Of a stretch of DNA of 64,000 bases, positions 50,599 to 58,905 are shown one piece after another. How positions within the stretch are numbered: the stretch's first letter is position 1; each line of letters starts with the position of its first letter. Both the position numbers and the translations under genes were made by a program. Below the pieces are notes generated by a model, which was not told where the DNA came from, made no database searches, and saw nothing but the letters and a program-made list of their open reading frames with translations. Location of the stretch: contig JAKSVI010000004.1 of the NCBI GenBank assembly GCA_024408095.1, positions 1,546 through 65,545 on the forward strand. The letters are read 5' to 3'. The DNA is from Bacilli bacterium. GTDB taxonomy: Bacteria > Bacillota_I > Bacilli_A > RFN20 > CAG-826.

Positions 50599-51495
50599 TT
50601 AATGTTTGCTCCCCGATAACATAAAAGTATTAACAAAGTGTTTTTGGAAAATAATATAAATTAATAAAGTTGGTATTGAAGATAATACACTTGCAGACAT
50701 AACTTCTGGTAAGTGCAATAATGAATCGCTTCCGCCAGAGCCTGTGCTTAAATTTCTAATAACAATTTGTAGTGTCTGAGATTCAGCTTTATTTAAGTAA
50801 ATGTCAGGTCCAAAGAAGTCGTTCCAAATACCTAAGAACCAGAAAATTACTTGTGCAAATAATGCTGGTTTAATTAAAGGAAGGAACAATTCAAAATAGG
50901 TTCTAAAGAAACCTGCTCCATTAATTTCAGCGGCTTCATATATTTCATTAGGAATAGTGTCTGCGTATTGCTTAATAAAGAATAACATTGAGACATTTCC
51001 GAATAATCCAGGAATGATTAATGGCAATAATGTGTTGATCATTTTTAGTTTTGCAAACACTAAATATTGAGGTGCCAAAACAGCAATATACGGAATCATC
51101 ATTCCGGTCAATAACATATAAAATAGTACGTTTTTGCCGAAGAAATTGATTCTTGAAAACGCATAACCTGCTAATGTTGTTACAAAGGTCCCAATGATTA
51201 AAACAAAGAATTCAATAATAAATGTATTTAGGAATCCTCTACCAATCATGATGTTCTCATCAGTAAAAATTGTGATGTAATTATTAAAAGTAAATTCTTT
51301 AGGAATTAAATAGAAAACAGCACTATTGTTGATAACTTCATCAGCAGTTTTAAAAGAAAGAGAAAGCATATATAAGTAAGGGAAAATCATGATAAAAGCG
51401 ACAATGACTAATATGAAAATAGCCAAAACTTTCAAAGTATAAAATTTGGTTTCACCTAATATATGTTTTCTTTTTCTTTGAGCAAGCGTTTCCAT
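50599..51495 (-). CDS. carbohydrate ABC transporter permease (MalG-like)
   Basis: 298 aa with 6 TM helices and EAA loop YEAAEINGAGFFRTYFELFLPLIKP. Confidence 0.9.
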   Translation of the reverse strand: METLAQRKRKHILGETKFYTLKVLAIFILVIVAFIMIFPYLYMLSLSFKTADEVINNSAVFYLIPKEFTFNNYITIFTDENIMIGRGFLNTFIIEFFVLIIGTFVTTLAGYAFSRINFFGKNVLFYMLLTGMMIPYIAVLAPQYLVFAKLKMINTLLPLIIPGLFGNVSMLFFIKQYADTIPNEIYEAAEINGAGFFRTYFELFLPLIKPALFAQVIFWFLGIWNDFFGPDIYLNKAESQTLQIVIRNLSTGSGGSDSLLHLPEVMSASVLSSIPTLLIYIIFQKHFVNTFMLSGSKH

Positions 51496-51498
51496 ATA

Positions 51499-52386
51499 TT
51501 ACCTTACTGCTTTCTTTCCTCTCGAATTCAAATAGAATTGGAGAAGTGTAACAACAAATAAAAGTCCAAAGACAAAAATTGCTCCTGCAGCGACTAGACC
51601 ATATTCGCCACGTTTAAAACAATCATACAAATAATAAACAATCGTCTGAGATTCACTGCTTGCAACAATAACATAGTTATCTGCAAACGCCATAATACCA
51701 CCAATAATTCCAGTGACTAATAAGTAGAATGATGTTCCATTGACTAAAGGAATAGTTATATGAAACATCTTTTGAATAGTATTAGCTCCAGCAATATCTG
51801 CTGCTTCATACATATCTAAAGATATATTTTGAATAGAAGCATAATAAAGTAACAGTGTTCCACCTAATCCTCCCCATACACCTTTCATGATAAGGGTTAT
51901 TTTGACTACAGAAGGATCGCTTAACCAGTGAACGTTAGTGTGAAAAATAATGTTGATGGCACCATATTGACCATTAAATAACCATTTCCAAACAACTCCA
52001 ATAGCAACAGCGGAAGTAACTGCAGGTAAATAATAGAGAATCAAGTAGGGTTTTTTTGCTTTAACAAATTTTGAATTAATTAATGTCGCTAATAAAAAAG
52101 CAAAAAGCATTCCTATAGGAATACCTAACATTAAGAATAATGTATTGGTGATAGATTTAATAAATTTTTGATCTTCAAATAAAACTTTGAAATTTTGAGT
52201 GCCAATAAAATATTCTGGAGAAGTATCCCAATATCCTTCCGTCATATCATAGAAAGAACCTTGAATCGTTTTAATTAAAGGAATTAAGGTAAAAATAACG
52301 AAACCAACGACCATTGGCAAAATTAAACAATAGCCGATTAGATTATTTTTAACTTTCTTAGATAAACGGTTTCTTTTGGCCCTCAT
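51499..52386 (-). CDS. carbohydrate ABC transporter permease (MalF-like)
   Basis: 295 aa with 6 TM helices and EAA loop YEAADIAGANTIQKMFHITIPLV. Confidence 0.9.
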   Translation of the reverse strand: MRAKRNRLSKKVKNNLIGYCLILPMVVGFVIFTLIPLIKTIQGSFYDMTEGYWDTSPEYFIGTQNFKVLFEDQKFIKSITNTLFLMLGIPIGMLFAFLLATLINSKFVKAKKPYLILYYLPAVTSAVAIGVVWKWLFNGQYGAINIIFHTNVHWLSDPSVVKITLIMKGVWGGLGGTLLLYYASIQNISLDMYEAADIAGANTIQKMFHITIPLVNGTSFYLLVTGIIGGIMAFADNYVIVASSESQTIVYYLYDCFKRGEYGLVAAGAIFVFGLLFVVTLLQFYLNSRGKKAVR

Positions 52387-52389
52387 ATA

Positions 52390-53892
52390 TTACCAACTAT
52401 ATTTATTAGCGTAATCGTTTAATTTGACTTGGACACTACCTTGTAGAGAGTCTAAGAAGGAGTTATTGATACGTGATTTTGTTGACCAATCCCAAACATC
52501 AATATGTCCGCCATATTGTCTGTCATTATGGAATACTCTATATAATTTTAAAGAATCGTTTGCGGATTCCCACATTTCTTGACTCCATTTATCATTATAT
52601 GTATATGAAGCAGGACGTCTTTTTGAATTCTCTGCAATATCAATATAAACTTGCCTATTTAATGGACGGTTTAATCCTTTGCCATCATCTAATGTAGCAG
52701 TTAAGAATTCGCCTTTTGCCATATCTTTCAAGTTAGGAAGGGCTTGACCCATTTTATAGTTAATGCGTTGAGCTTCCTGATTCACTGTTAAGAATTCTGC
52801 TAATTCATAGGCGGCTTGAGGAACACCAGTTGTTTTACAAACAGCAATTCCAACACTACCTAGATATGATTGAGTAGTACAACCACTTCTTGGGGCATCT
52901 TTCCAGTCATCTTCTTTTTCAAGACTGCCACTTTGGTTTGGAACTGGAGTTGGTAATACATCCCAATCAAAATTACATCTCCACATTTCAGGGAGCTTAT
53001 AGAAATCAATGAATGATGAGGAAGCTAGTCCACTAATGAATCTACTATAACCATCTTGGCCACCGCCACCTTGGTCTTCAGCAGCAGTCATAACATTGAA
53101 TTTTAATGCTAAATCAGCGACAAATTGCAAAGATTCGGCAAATTTATCATTCGCAATTGTTGATATTTTTCTAGTTGAATCAGTAAAGTCTCCGCCTGCT
53201 GTAAAGTATGCAGTTTCAAGAGGATAATGTGTTATACCAACTATTGAATCATGATCTTTTGGATCTCCGGTTTGTGTATCCTTACAAAATCTAATAAATT
53301 GCGCCCATGTCATTGGGGTAGATTGATAAACGGTTTTGGTGTTGGCATCATAACCATATCCATTTGGAGATGTTTCAGAAGAGATTGTGATACCTTTTTT
53401 TAAAGCGTTTGTTTTGTTATATGTTAATGCAATTGGTCCAACATCTTTTGGTAAAGCATACAAATCGCCTGTGCCTAAACGTTTATTAGCGGCATCAAAT
53501 CTATATGCATTTAATCCTTCAAACCACACATTATCTGTTGAAAATGTTTTTGATGCTTCAATAAAAGGAGTTAAGTTCATCATTACGTTATTTCTGCTAT
53601 TAGCCCATTCAATAAAATTGGTGTCTGGCATATAGAAAACATCAGGCATCGTATCTGATTGACGTTTTGTTAATAAAGCATTCATATAAAGTTCTGACGA
53701 AGAGCTTTCATAGTGAACATCGTATTCTGGATGTATTTCTTTAAATTTTGCAATCATTGCATTGAAAACAGCTTTTTCTTCCGCAGATCCCCAACCAAAG
53801 AAATTAATCAAAGTTTTTGATGGGTCTCTTTTGTTTGCGCCACAAGAACACAAAGCCAAAAAAGGCAAAAAGAGCAAATATAGTTTTTTCAT
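52390..53892 (-). CDS. extracellular sugar-binding lipoprotein (ABC substrate-binding protein, family 1)
   Basis: 500 aa with lipobox FLALCSCG. First gene upstream of the two permeases. General family-1 SBP sequence character. Confidence 0.75.
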   Translation of the reverse strand: MKKLYLLFLPFLALCSCGANKRDPSKTLINFFGWGSAEEKAVFNAMIAKFKEIHPEYDVHYESSSSELYMNALLTKRQSDTMPDVFYMPDTNFIEWANSRNNVMMNLTPFIEASKTFSTDNVWFEGLNAYRFDAANKRLGTGDLYALPKDVGPIALTYNKTNALKKGITISSETSPNGYGYDANTKTVYQSTPMTWAQFIRFCKDTQTGDPKDHDSIVGITHYPLETAYFTAGGDFTDSTRKISTIANDKFAESLQFVADLALKFNVMTAAEDQGGGGQDGYSRFISGLASSSFIDFYKLPEMWRCNFDWDVLPTPVPNQSGSLEKEDDWKDAPRSGCTTQSYLGSVGIAVCKTTGVPQAAYELAEFLTVNQEAQRINYKMGQALPNLKDMAKGEFLTATLDDGKGLNRPLNRQVYIDIAENSKRRPASYTYNDKWSQEMWESANDSLKLYRVFHNDRQYGGHIDVWDWSTKSRINNSFLDSLQGSVQVKLNDYANKYSW

Positions 53893-53977
53893 AAGCTTAA
53901 CCTCTTGCTTTAATTCTATATTATGTTAAAAACATACACAATTGCCATTTTTCAATATATTAAAAAAATACTTTATT

Positions 53978-53995
53978 GTTCGAAATTATTCGAAT
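53978..53995. promoter_or_regulatory. candidate operator GTTCGA-AATTAT-TCGAAT in the divergent SBP/regulator promoter region
   Basis: 11 of 12 palindromic positions match. Lies 86 nt upstream of the SBP ATG (53892) and 12 nt upstream of the regulator ATG (54007). Confidence 0.55.
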
Positions 53996-54006
53996 ATATT
54001 ATTGTT

Positions 54007-54939
54007 ATGAAAGAATCTAGAAATGTCCATTTAAGCGTTAATGATAATGATCAATTAGAGAAAATTGGAGACAGTTTTTCTTCTGGTTACAGAAGAAGAA
54101 TTTTATTTTTACTATCAAAAAGAAGTTACTCAACTCAAGAATTATTGGACGAACTAAAGATTTCTCCTTCCACTCTTTCATTTCACTTAAAAATATTAAG
54201 AGAGGCGAAGCTTATTAAGTTTGTTAAAGCACCATCAAAACGAGGAAATGAGAAAAATTTATCATTAAATATTGACTCGCTTGTAGTGAATTTTGATTCC
54301 ACTACTGCGAATAATGTTAAAACAGAAAACATCGATATCGGCCTTGGAAGCTTTTCTAAATTTGAAGTAAAGGCGCCTTGTCTTATAGCAACAGAAAATG
54401 AAATATTACAGCCAATTGATAATGATGTCATTTTTAATAGCACCGATAAAATAAAGGCTCAATTAATTTCTTTTACAGAAGGTTATATCGAATATCTAGT
54501 TTCGAATGATTTGCTATATTTTTCTAAAATTAAAGAGCTATCATTTACTCAAGAAATATGTAGTGAGTGCCCAAACTTTAATAATAATTGGAAAAGCGAC
54601 ATTTCATTCTATTTGAATAATATTAAAATTGGTGAATTCCTTTCTTTGGGTGATTACGGCGGAAGATTAGGATTATTTTCACCGCAATGGTGGCCTACTA
54701 ACTCATCTAATTATGGAATATTAGTAAATGTCACAATTAATGATGATGGCACTTTTATTAATGGCAAAAAAACTAGTGACTTAAAAATCAATGAGTATTT
54801 CAAAGAAGAAAAAATTATTAAATATAGGATTGGCGTCGATCACAACAGCAAACACCTTGGTGGTATAAATATTTTTGGCAGACACTTTGGTGATTTTAAA
54901 CAAAATATTTCGTTAAATATAACTTATATTGATAAATAA
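54007..54939 (+). CDS. ArsR-type winged-HTH regulator with ~210-aa uncharacterised C-terminal domain
   Basis: wHTH RRRILFLLSKRSYSTQELLDELKISPSTLSFHLKILREAKLIKF. Start taken as ATG 54007 (MKESRNV…) rather than 53923, because the extra 28 aa are hydrophobic AT-rich read-through. No clear SD at either start. The C-terminal domain is not recognised. Confidence 0.65.
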   Translation: MKESRNVHLSVNDNDQLEKIGDSFSSGYRRRILFLLSKRSYSTQELLDELKISPSTLSFHLKILREAKLIKFVKAPSKRGNEKNLSLNIDSLVVNFDSTTANNVKTENIDIGLGSFSKFEVKAPCLIATENEILQPIDNDVIFNSTDKIKAQLISFTEGYIEYLVSNDLLYFSKIKELSFTQEICSECPNFNNNWKSDISFYLNNIKIGEFLSLGDYGGRLGLFSPQWWPTNSSNYGILVNVTINDDGTFINGKKTSDLKINEYFKEEKIIKYRIGVDHNSKHLGGINIFGRHFGDFKQNISLNITYIDK

Positions 54940-54940
54940 A

Positions 54941-55798
54941 TTACGATAAGAAATCTTTTCTTAATTTTAAACCACAATCATATATTCTCTTAAGTTGCTT
55001 TTTAAATTCGTCCATACTTTCAACATTTAAAAGTGGGATCGTTTCAAAAGTGAAATCACCTTGATAATTTATTTTTTTAAGTGCTTTTATTATTTCGTCA
55101 AAATCAATCATTCCATCACCAGGTAATAAATGTTGATCATGGTGTTTGTCATTGTCGTGAATATGTAGGCATTTTAATCGTGGGCCCAATGAATTTATCA
55201 TCTCCACTGCGCTTGTATTTAAGCCTTTCATTTCGGCATGTCCAATATCGACAATTGCACATGCGAAATCGTCATTTATTAAGTCTAACAGATGAACAAA
55301 ATTCTTGTGATTTGAGCAAGAAGCAAGACAAGCATGATCATTTTTCTCATCCCAATTCCACATATTCTCAATTGAGACTTTTATATGAAATTTATGGCAA
55401 AACGGCAATATTTTTTTAAAATATGCAGAATTGTATTCATCATCATAATCGTTTAAAGGATGGACAACACAATAGTCTGCTCCTAATATTGAACTAACCT
55501 TAAGGCTTCTAATTAGTAGCTTGTATTGGCTTTGAATTTTAGCCTTAGAAAAAGATGGATGCTCAATCGGAAAAGGGGAATGAGTTTGATTACATTTCAT
55601 TTCTAATTTATCTGCGAATTTTCGTAAAGTTTTTGCTCTTTTTATATAATCTCTTTTGTCGATAAATTGATCATAACATCCATCGTTATTACACATAGTA
55701 AAATCATATGTGTCAAAGCCAACTTCCTTCATGGCGGTCAGTATATCGTATATACTTCTATTTTTAAATTGTAAGGTATGGCAAGATATTCTATACAT
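54941..55798 (-). CDS. sugar phosphate isomerase/epimerase (xylose isomerase-like TIM barrel)
   Basis: 285 aa with motifs KVSIENMW, VDIGHAEM and CLHIHDND typical of the AP_endonuc_2/xylose-isomerase-like fold. No signal peptide. Confidence 0.75.
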   Translation of the reverse strand: MYRISCHTLQFKNRSIYDILTAMKEVGFDTYDFTMCNNDGCYDQFIDKRDYIKRAKTLRKFADKLEMKCNQTHSPFPIEHPSFSKAKIQSQYKLLIRSLKVSSILGADYCVVHPLNDYDDEYNSAYFKKILPFCHKFHIKVSIENMWNWDEKNDHACLASCSNHKNFVHLLDLINDDFACAIVDIGHAEMKGLNTSAVEMINSLGPRLKCLHIHDNDKHHDQHLLPGDGMIDFDEIIKALKKINYQGDFTFETIPLLNVESMDEFKKQLKRIYDCGLKLRKDFLS

Positions 55799-57545
55799 TA
55801 TTTTTATTAATTTCTTCTAAAGTTTTTATATCAAATTTGGGTTGTCTATTAAAAGTAAATAGGCCGTTAACTTCTTGATAAACATCAGTAAGTTGAGTAA
55901 CACACCAGCCAGCTATATTTGGAGCAGTCGAGGCACATTTGATTAATCTTCTATATCTATCTATTAATCCATCTTTATCTTTTACTGAATCTCCATAACC
56001 CCACCCATTTTGAACAGTTTCAACATTAAAGCCAATACCACAAAATTCATCTAATAAAATAGGTTGTCCCTCATATTTAAATCCGTTAGCAAAAGGAGTG
56101 AATTTAGCAATAGCGTCGTTAATACACGTGTTATTTTTACAAATTTCTAAAATATTCTCAGTGTAATATCTTAATTTTTCATCATCTTGTATGTAATTAT
56201 GGAATGTCACTAAATCAGTCTTGCAATGGAGCCAACCATCATTAGAGATAACTAATCTAGTGGGATCAAATCTTTTGGTAAAATCATATATTTGAACGAG
56301 AAAATCCTGTTGTTCTTTACTTGTTCGAATACCGGGAATTCCCCAAGATTCATTAAATGGAGTCCACACTAAGATAGAAGGGTGATTAATATGTTGAACT
56401 AATATTTCTTGCCATTCTCTTAGTATGTTTTCTTTTAGTTCATCATCAAAATCATATCCACTTGGCATTTCGCTCCAAGTAATAAGACCAACTTGGTCAC
56501 ATAAATAATAGAATCTATCATCTTCTACTTTCTGATGTACTCTTAAACCATTAAATCCACTATTTTTGATTAGCTCTATTTCTTTTATCATTTCTGCATT
56601 ATTCTCAAAAGTATATATTCCTTTTGGATAATAGCCCTGCTCTAAGATTAATTTCATAAATAAAGGCTTGCCATTTAATAAAACTTTGCCATTTTCAGTT
56701 TCTATAAATCTATATCCAAAGTAACTAGAAACTTCATCAATCACTTCTCCATTTTTAATTAGTTTTAATTTAACAGAATATAAATTTGGATTTTCAGTAT
56801 CCCAAAAGTGTATTTCATTTAAAGGTACATTTGTTACTAATTTTTCATTACCAAAACGAACTAATTTTTGTGCGACTAATTTGTCTAAAAACAAGAAATT
56901 TATTTCAATTTCCCCTTCAAAACTAAAGTTATTTAACAAAATTGACACATCTACAGAATTATTTTTATTAGGAATGAATTGGAAGAAAGTAATATAAGTG
57001 CTTCGTACAATTTCAGCCCAGACTGATTTCCATATTCCATTAACTTCTTGATAAAAACATTCGAAAGGTTTGTCTTTCCATTTTTGTTTACCGCGAGGTT
57101 GATGAATGCTATATGAATCGTCGCATCTAATTACAACATTTCCTTTTTTCTCAATAAGATAGTCAGTTATATCGAAACAAAAAGAAGTGTAACCACCTAA
57201 GTGCTCTCCAACAAACTTACCATTAACATAAAGTTTTGTTTTATAGTCAGCAGCATCTATATGAAAAAGGACTCTTTCATTTTCTTTATAATCGAAGCTA
57301 ATTTCTTTTTGATAGTAAATGGTGTCATAATGAGTTTTATCGTTTATTCCGCTGAGCTCACATTGATAACAATATGGAACATTTATTTTCAAACAATCTT
57401 TAGGGAACTCAATGAATCTCTGATCGTGTTCATATATTCTCTTGTCATCGACATAAAAATTCCACTCACCATTTAAATTAAGAAATGAATTTCTTACAAA
57501 AAGTGGTCTAGGATAATCCGAAATTATTTTCGACAAATCTTTCAT
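55791..57545 (-). CDS. glycoside hydrolase family 2 (beta-galactosidase/beta-glucuronidase/beta-mannosidase type), cytoplasmic
   Basis: Start trimmed to ATG 57545 (MKDLSKIISDYPRP…). Sugar-binding domain NGKFVGEHLGGYTSFCFDIT. TIM barrel NGLRVHQKVEDDRFYYLCDQVGLITWSEMP. Acid/base region HPSILVWTPFNESWG. Confidence 0.85.
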   Translation of the reverse strand: MKDLSKIISDYPRPLFVRNSFLNLNGEWNFYVDDKRIYEHDQRFIEFPKDCLKINVPYCYQCELSGINDKTHYDTIYYQKEISFDYKENERVLFHIDAADYKTKLYVNGKFVGEHLGGYTSFCFDITDYLIEKKGNVVIRCDDSYSIHQPRGKQKWKDKPFECFYQEVNGIWKSVWAEIVRSTYITFFQFIPNKNNSVDVSILLNNFSFEGEIEINFLFLDKLVAQKLVRFGNEKLVTNVPLNEIHFWDTENPNLYSVKLKLIKNGEVIDEVSSYFGYRFIETENGKVLLNGKPLFMKLILEQGYYPKGIYTFENNAEMIKEIELIKNSGFNGLRVHQKVEDDRFYYLCDQVGLITWSEMPSGYDFDDELKENILREWQEILVQHINHPSILVWTPFNESWGIPGIRTSKEQQDFLVQIYDFTKRFDPTRLVISNDGWLHCKTDLVTFHNYIQDDEKLRYYTENILEICKNNTCINDAIAKFTPFANGFKYEGQPILLDEFCGIGFNVETVQNGWGYGDSVKDKDGLIDRYRRLIKCASTAPNIAGWCVTQLTDVYQEVNGLFTFNRQPKFDIKTLEEINKNNV

Positions 57546-57616
57546 ATATATAATATTAATATAGATAATATATTTTGATAGATTTATTTTAATGAATTTA
57601 AAAAACACATTTATTT

Positions 57617-57634
57617 ATTCGATTATTTTCGAAT
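57617..57634. promoter_or_regulatory. candidate operator ATTCGA-TTATTT-TCGAAT upstream of the GH2 operon
   Basis: Perfect 6+6 inverted repeat 72 nt upstream of ATG 57545. Confidence 0.55.
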
Positions 57635-57733
57635 TGTTCATTATAATTTTTCAACTCTCCGAGATATGTAGCATATTATATCCAACAAACATCATATCCA
57701 AGTATCTTAAAAACATGATTTCGATGTATTCAC

Positions 57734-58711
57734 TTATTTTACTTTCCAATGACCGTAACGCTTGCCGTTCATCCTTTTTATTATTTTTTTATTTTGTAAT
57801 TCCATCAAAACAGTTTTAATTGTCCTAAGAGATTTGCTAGTAATAGAAGAGATTTCTTCGCTGGTAATATTGTTTTTTCCTTTTATTAACTTTAATACCT
57901 GCTCTTCCAAATTATTTAACGAGTTGGTTTCTTTCTTAGTGATGTTAACAGATAGTAATTTATTTTCCAAAGTGTTCTTTTCACCTTTCAATAAATTGTT
58001 AAGAAAAATAACTAAAAAAGACTTATCAACAAAAATTCCTTTATTTATATTACTATAATTCGCTCTCACTAATGAATTTCTAAAATACCAAGCATTATTA
58101 GCAAAAGTATCGTTTGTTACATCAAACCCCAATGTTTGAAGATACTTGATAGTAAATATTGCTGTAGTCCTCGTATTACCTTCTTGGAAAGGATGAATCT
58201 GCCAAAGGTTAGCAATAAAAGTAGCTAGATGATCAATAATTTCATCTATAGATTTGTTTGAGTAATTATATTGTCTTTCTACTGAGAAATCATATTCTAA
58301 TGTTGATTGTATTTCTCTATAATCTGCATAATATACACTTTCACCATTTAATACCCATTCTTTCTTAGAAAAATTGAATTCTCTGAACTTGCCTGCGTGT
58401 TCATATACATTTGTAAATAATATTTTATGAATAGATAGAAGTTGACCAACTGTAAAGACAAAACCTCTGTTTGCTAATATATTGGCTATATTTAAAGAAA
58501 CAAGATCAGGTTTATCTTCTTGATTAATGGTTTCATCGTCTCTTTTATTTGCATAATAATCGGTTATTATTTTGTAAGCTTCTTCAAAGGAAACATCCCC
58601 ATTGATATATTTTTCACTTACTTCTTTATATTTATCAGATACAGTTAAACCATCTACATCTTGTAGACCAATACCTGTTTTAACGCAATATTTTAAATAC
58701 TTCTTTTCCAT
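57734..58711 (-). CDS. Fic family protein with C-terminal winged HTH
   Basis: 325 aa with Fic core HPFQEGNTRTTAIF (variant of HxFx(D/E)GNGRxxR) and a C-terminal wHTH (ITSEEISSITSKSLRTIKTVLMELQNKKIIKRMNGKRYGHW). Confidence 0.85.
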   Translation of the reverse strand: MEKKYLKYCVKTGIGLQDVDGLTVSDKYKEVSEKYINGDVSFEEAYKIITDYYANKRDDETINQEDKPDLVSLNIANILANRGFVFTVGQLLSIHKILFTNVYEHAGKFREFNFSKKEWVLNGESVYYADYREIQSTLEYDFSVERQYNYSNKSIDEIIDHLATFIANLWQIHPFQEGNTRTTAIFTIKYLQTLGFDVTNDTFANNAWYFRNSLVRANYSNINKGIFVDKSFLVIFLNNLLKGEKNTLENKLLSVNITKKETNSLNNLEEQVLKLIKGKNNITSEEISSITSKSLRTIKTVLMELQNKKIIKRMNGKRYGHWKVK

Positions 58712-58738
58712 AATAAGATATTATATATCTAAATTTCT

Positions 58739-58779
58739 AAAGTGCAATCCCAAAGTGCAAAAATAAGACCAAAGTGCAA
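58739..58779 (-). promoter_or_regulatory. three direct repeats (TTGCACTTT on the coding strand) overlapping a sigma70-like promoter of the Fic gene
   Basis: AAAGTGCAA occurs at 58739, 58752 and 58771 on the + strand. On the minus strand, TTGCAC (58747-58742), a 16-nt spacer and TATAAT (58725-58720) are followed by the ATG only 8 nt later, which suggests a leaderless mRNA. Confidence 0.45.
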
Positions 58780-58905
58780 ATGGTTATTGAATCGCCGGTT
58801 TTTCATATCAACAATAATCAGTGCTTTTCAAATGTAAATCAATATTCGTGCATAATATTTTGATATTATGCGTAAAAATTGAAACCCCCTATTTTTTGAG
58901 AAAAA

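Noticed and set aside
54937-54943. Convergent ArsR-like and isomerase genes end 1 bp apart with no terminator between them. The same occurs for AraC and the 694-aa gene at 31901/31917.
   Set aside because: This could imply antisense read-through regulation, but no supporting structure or motif is visible. It is noted as a layout feature only.
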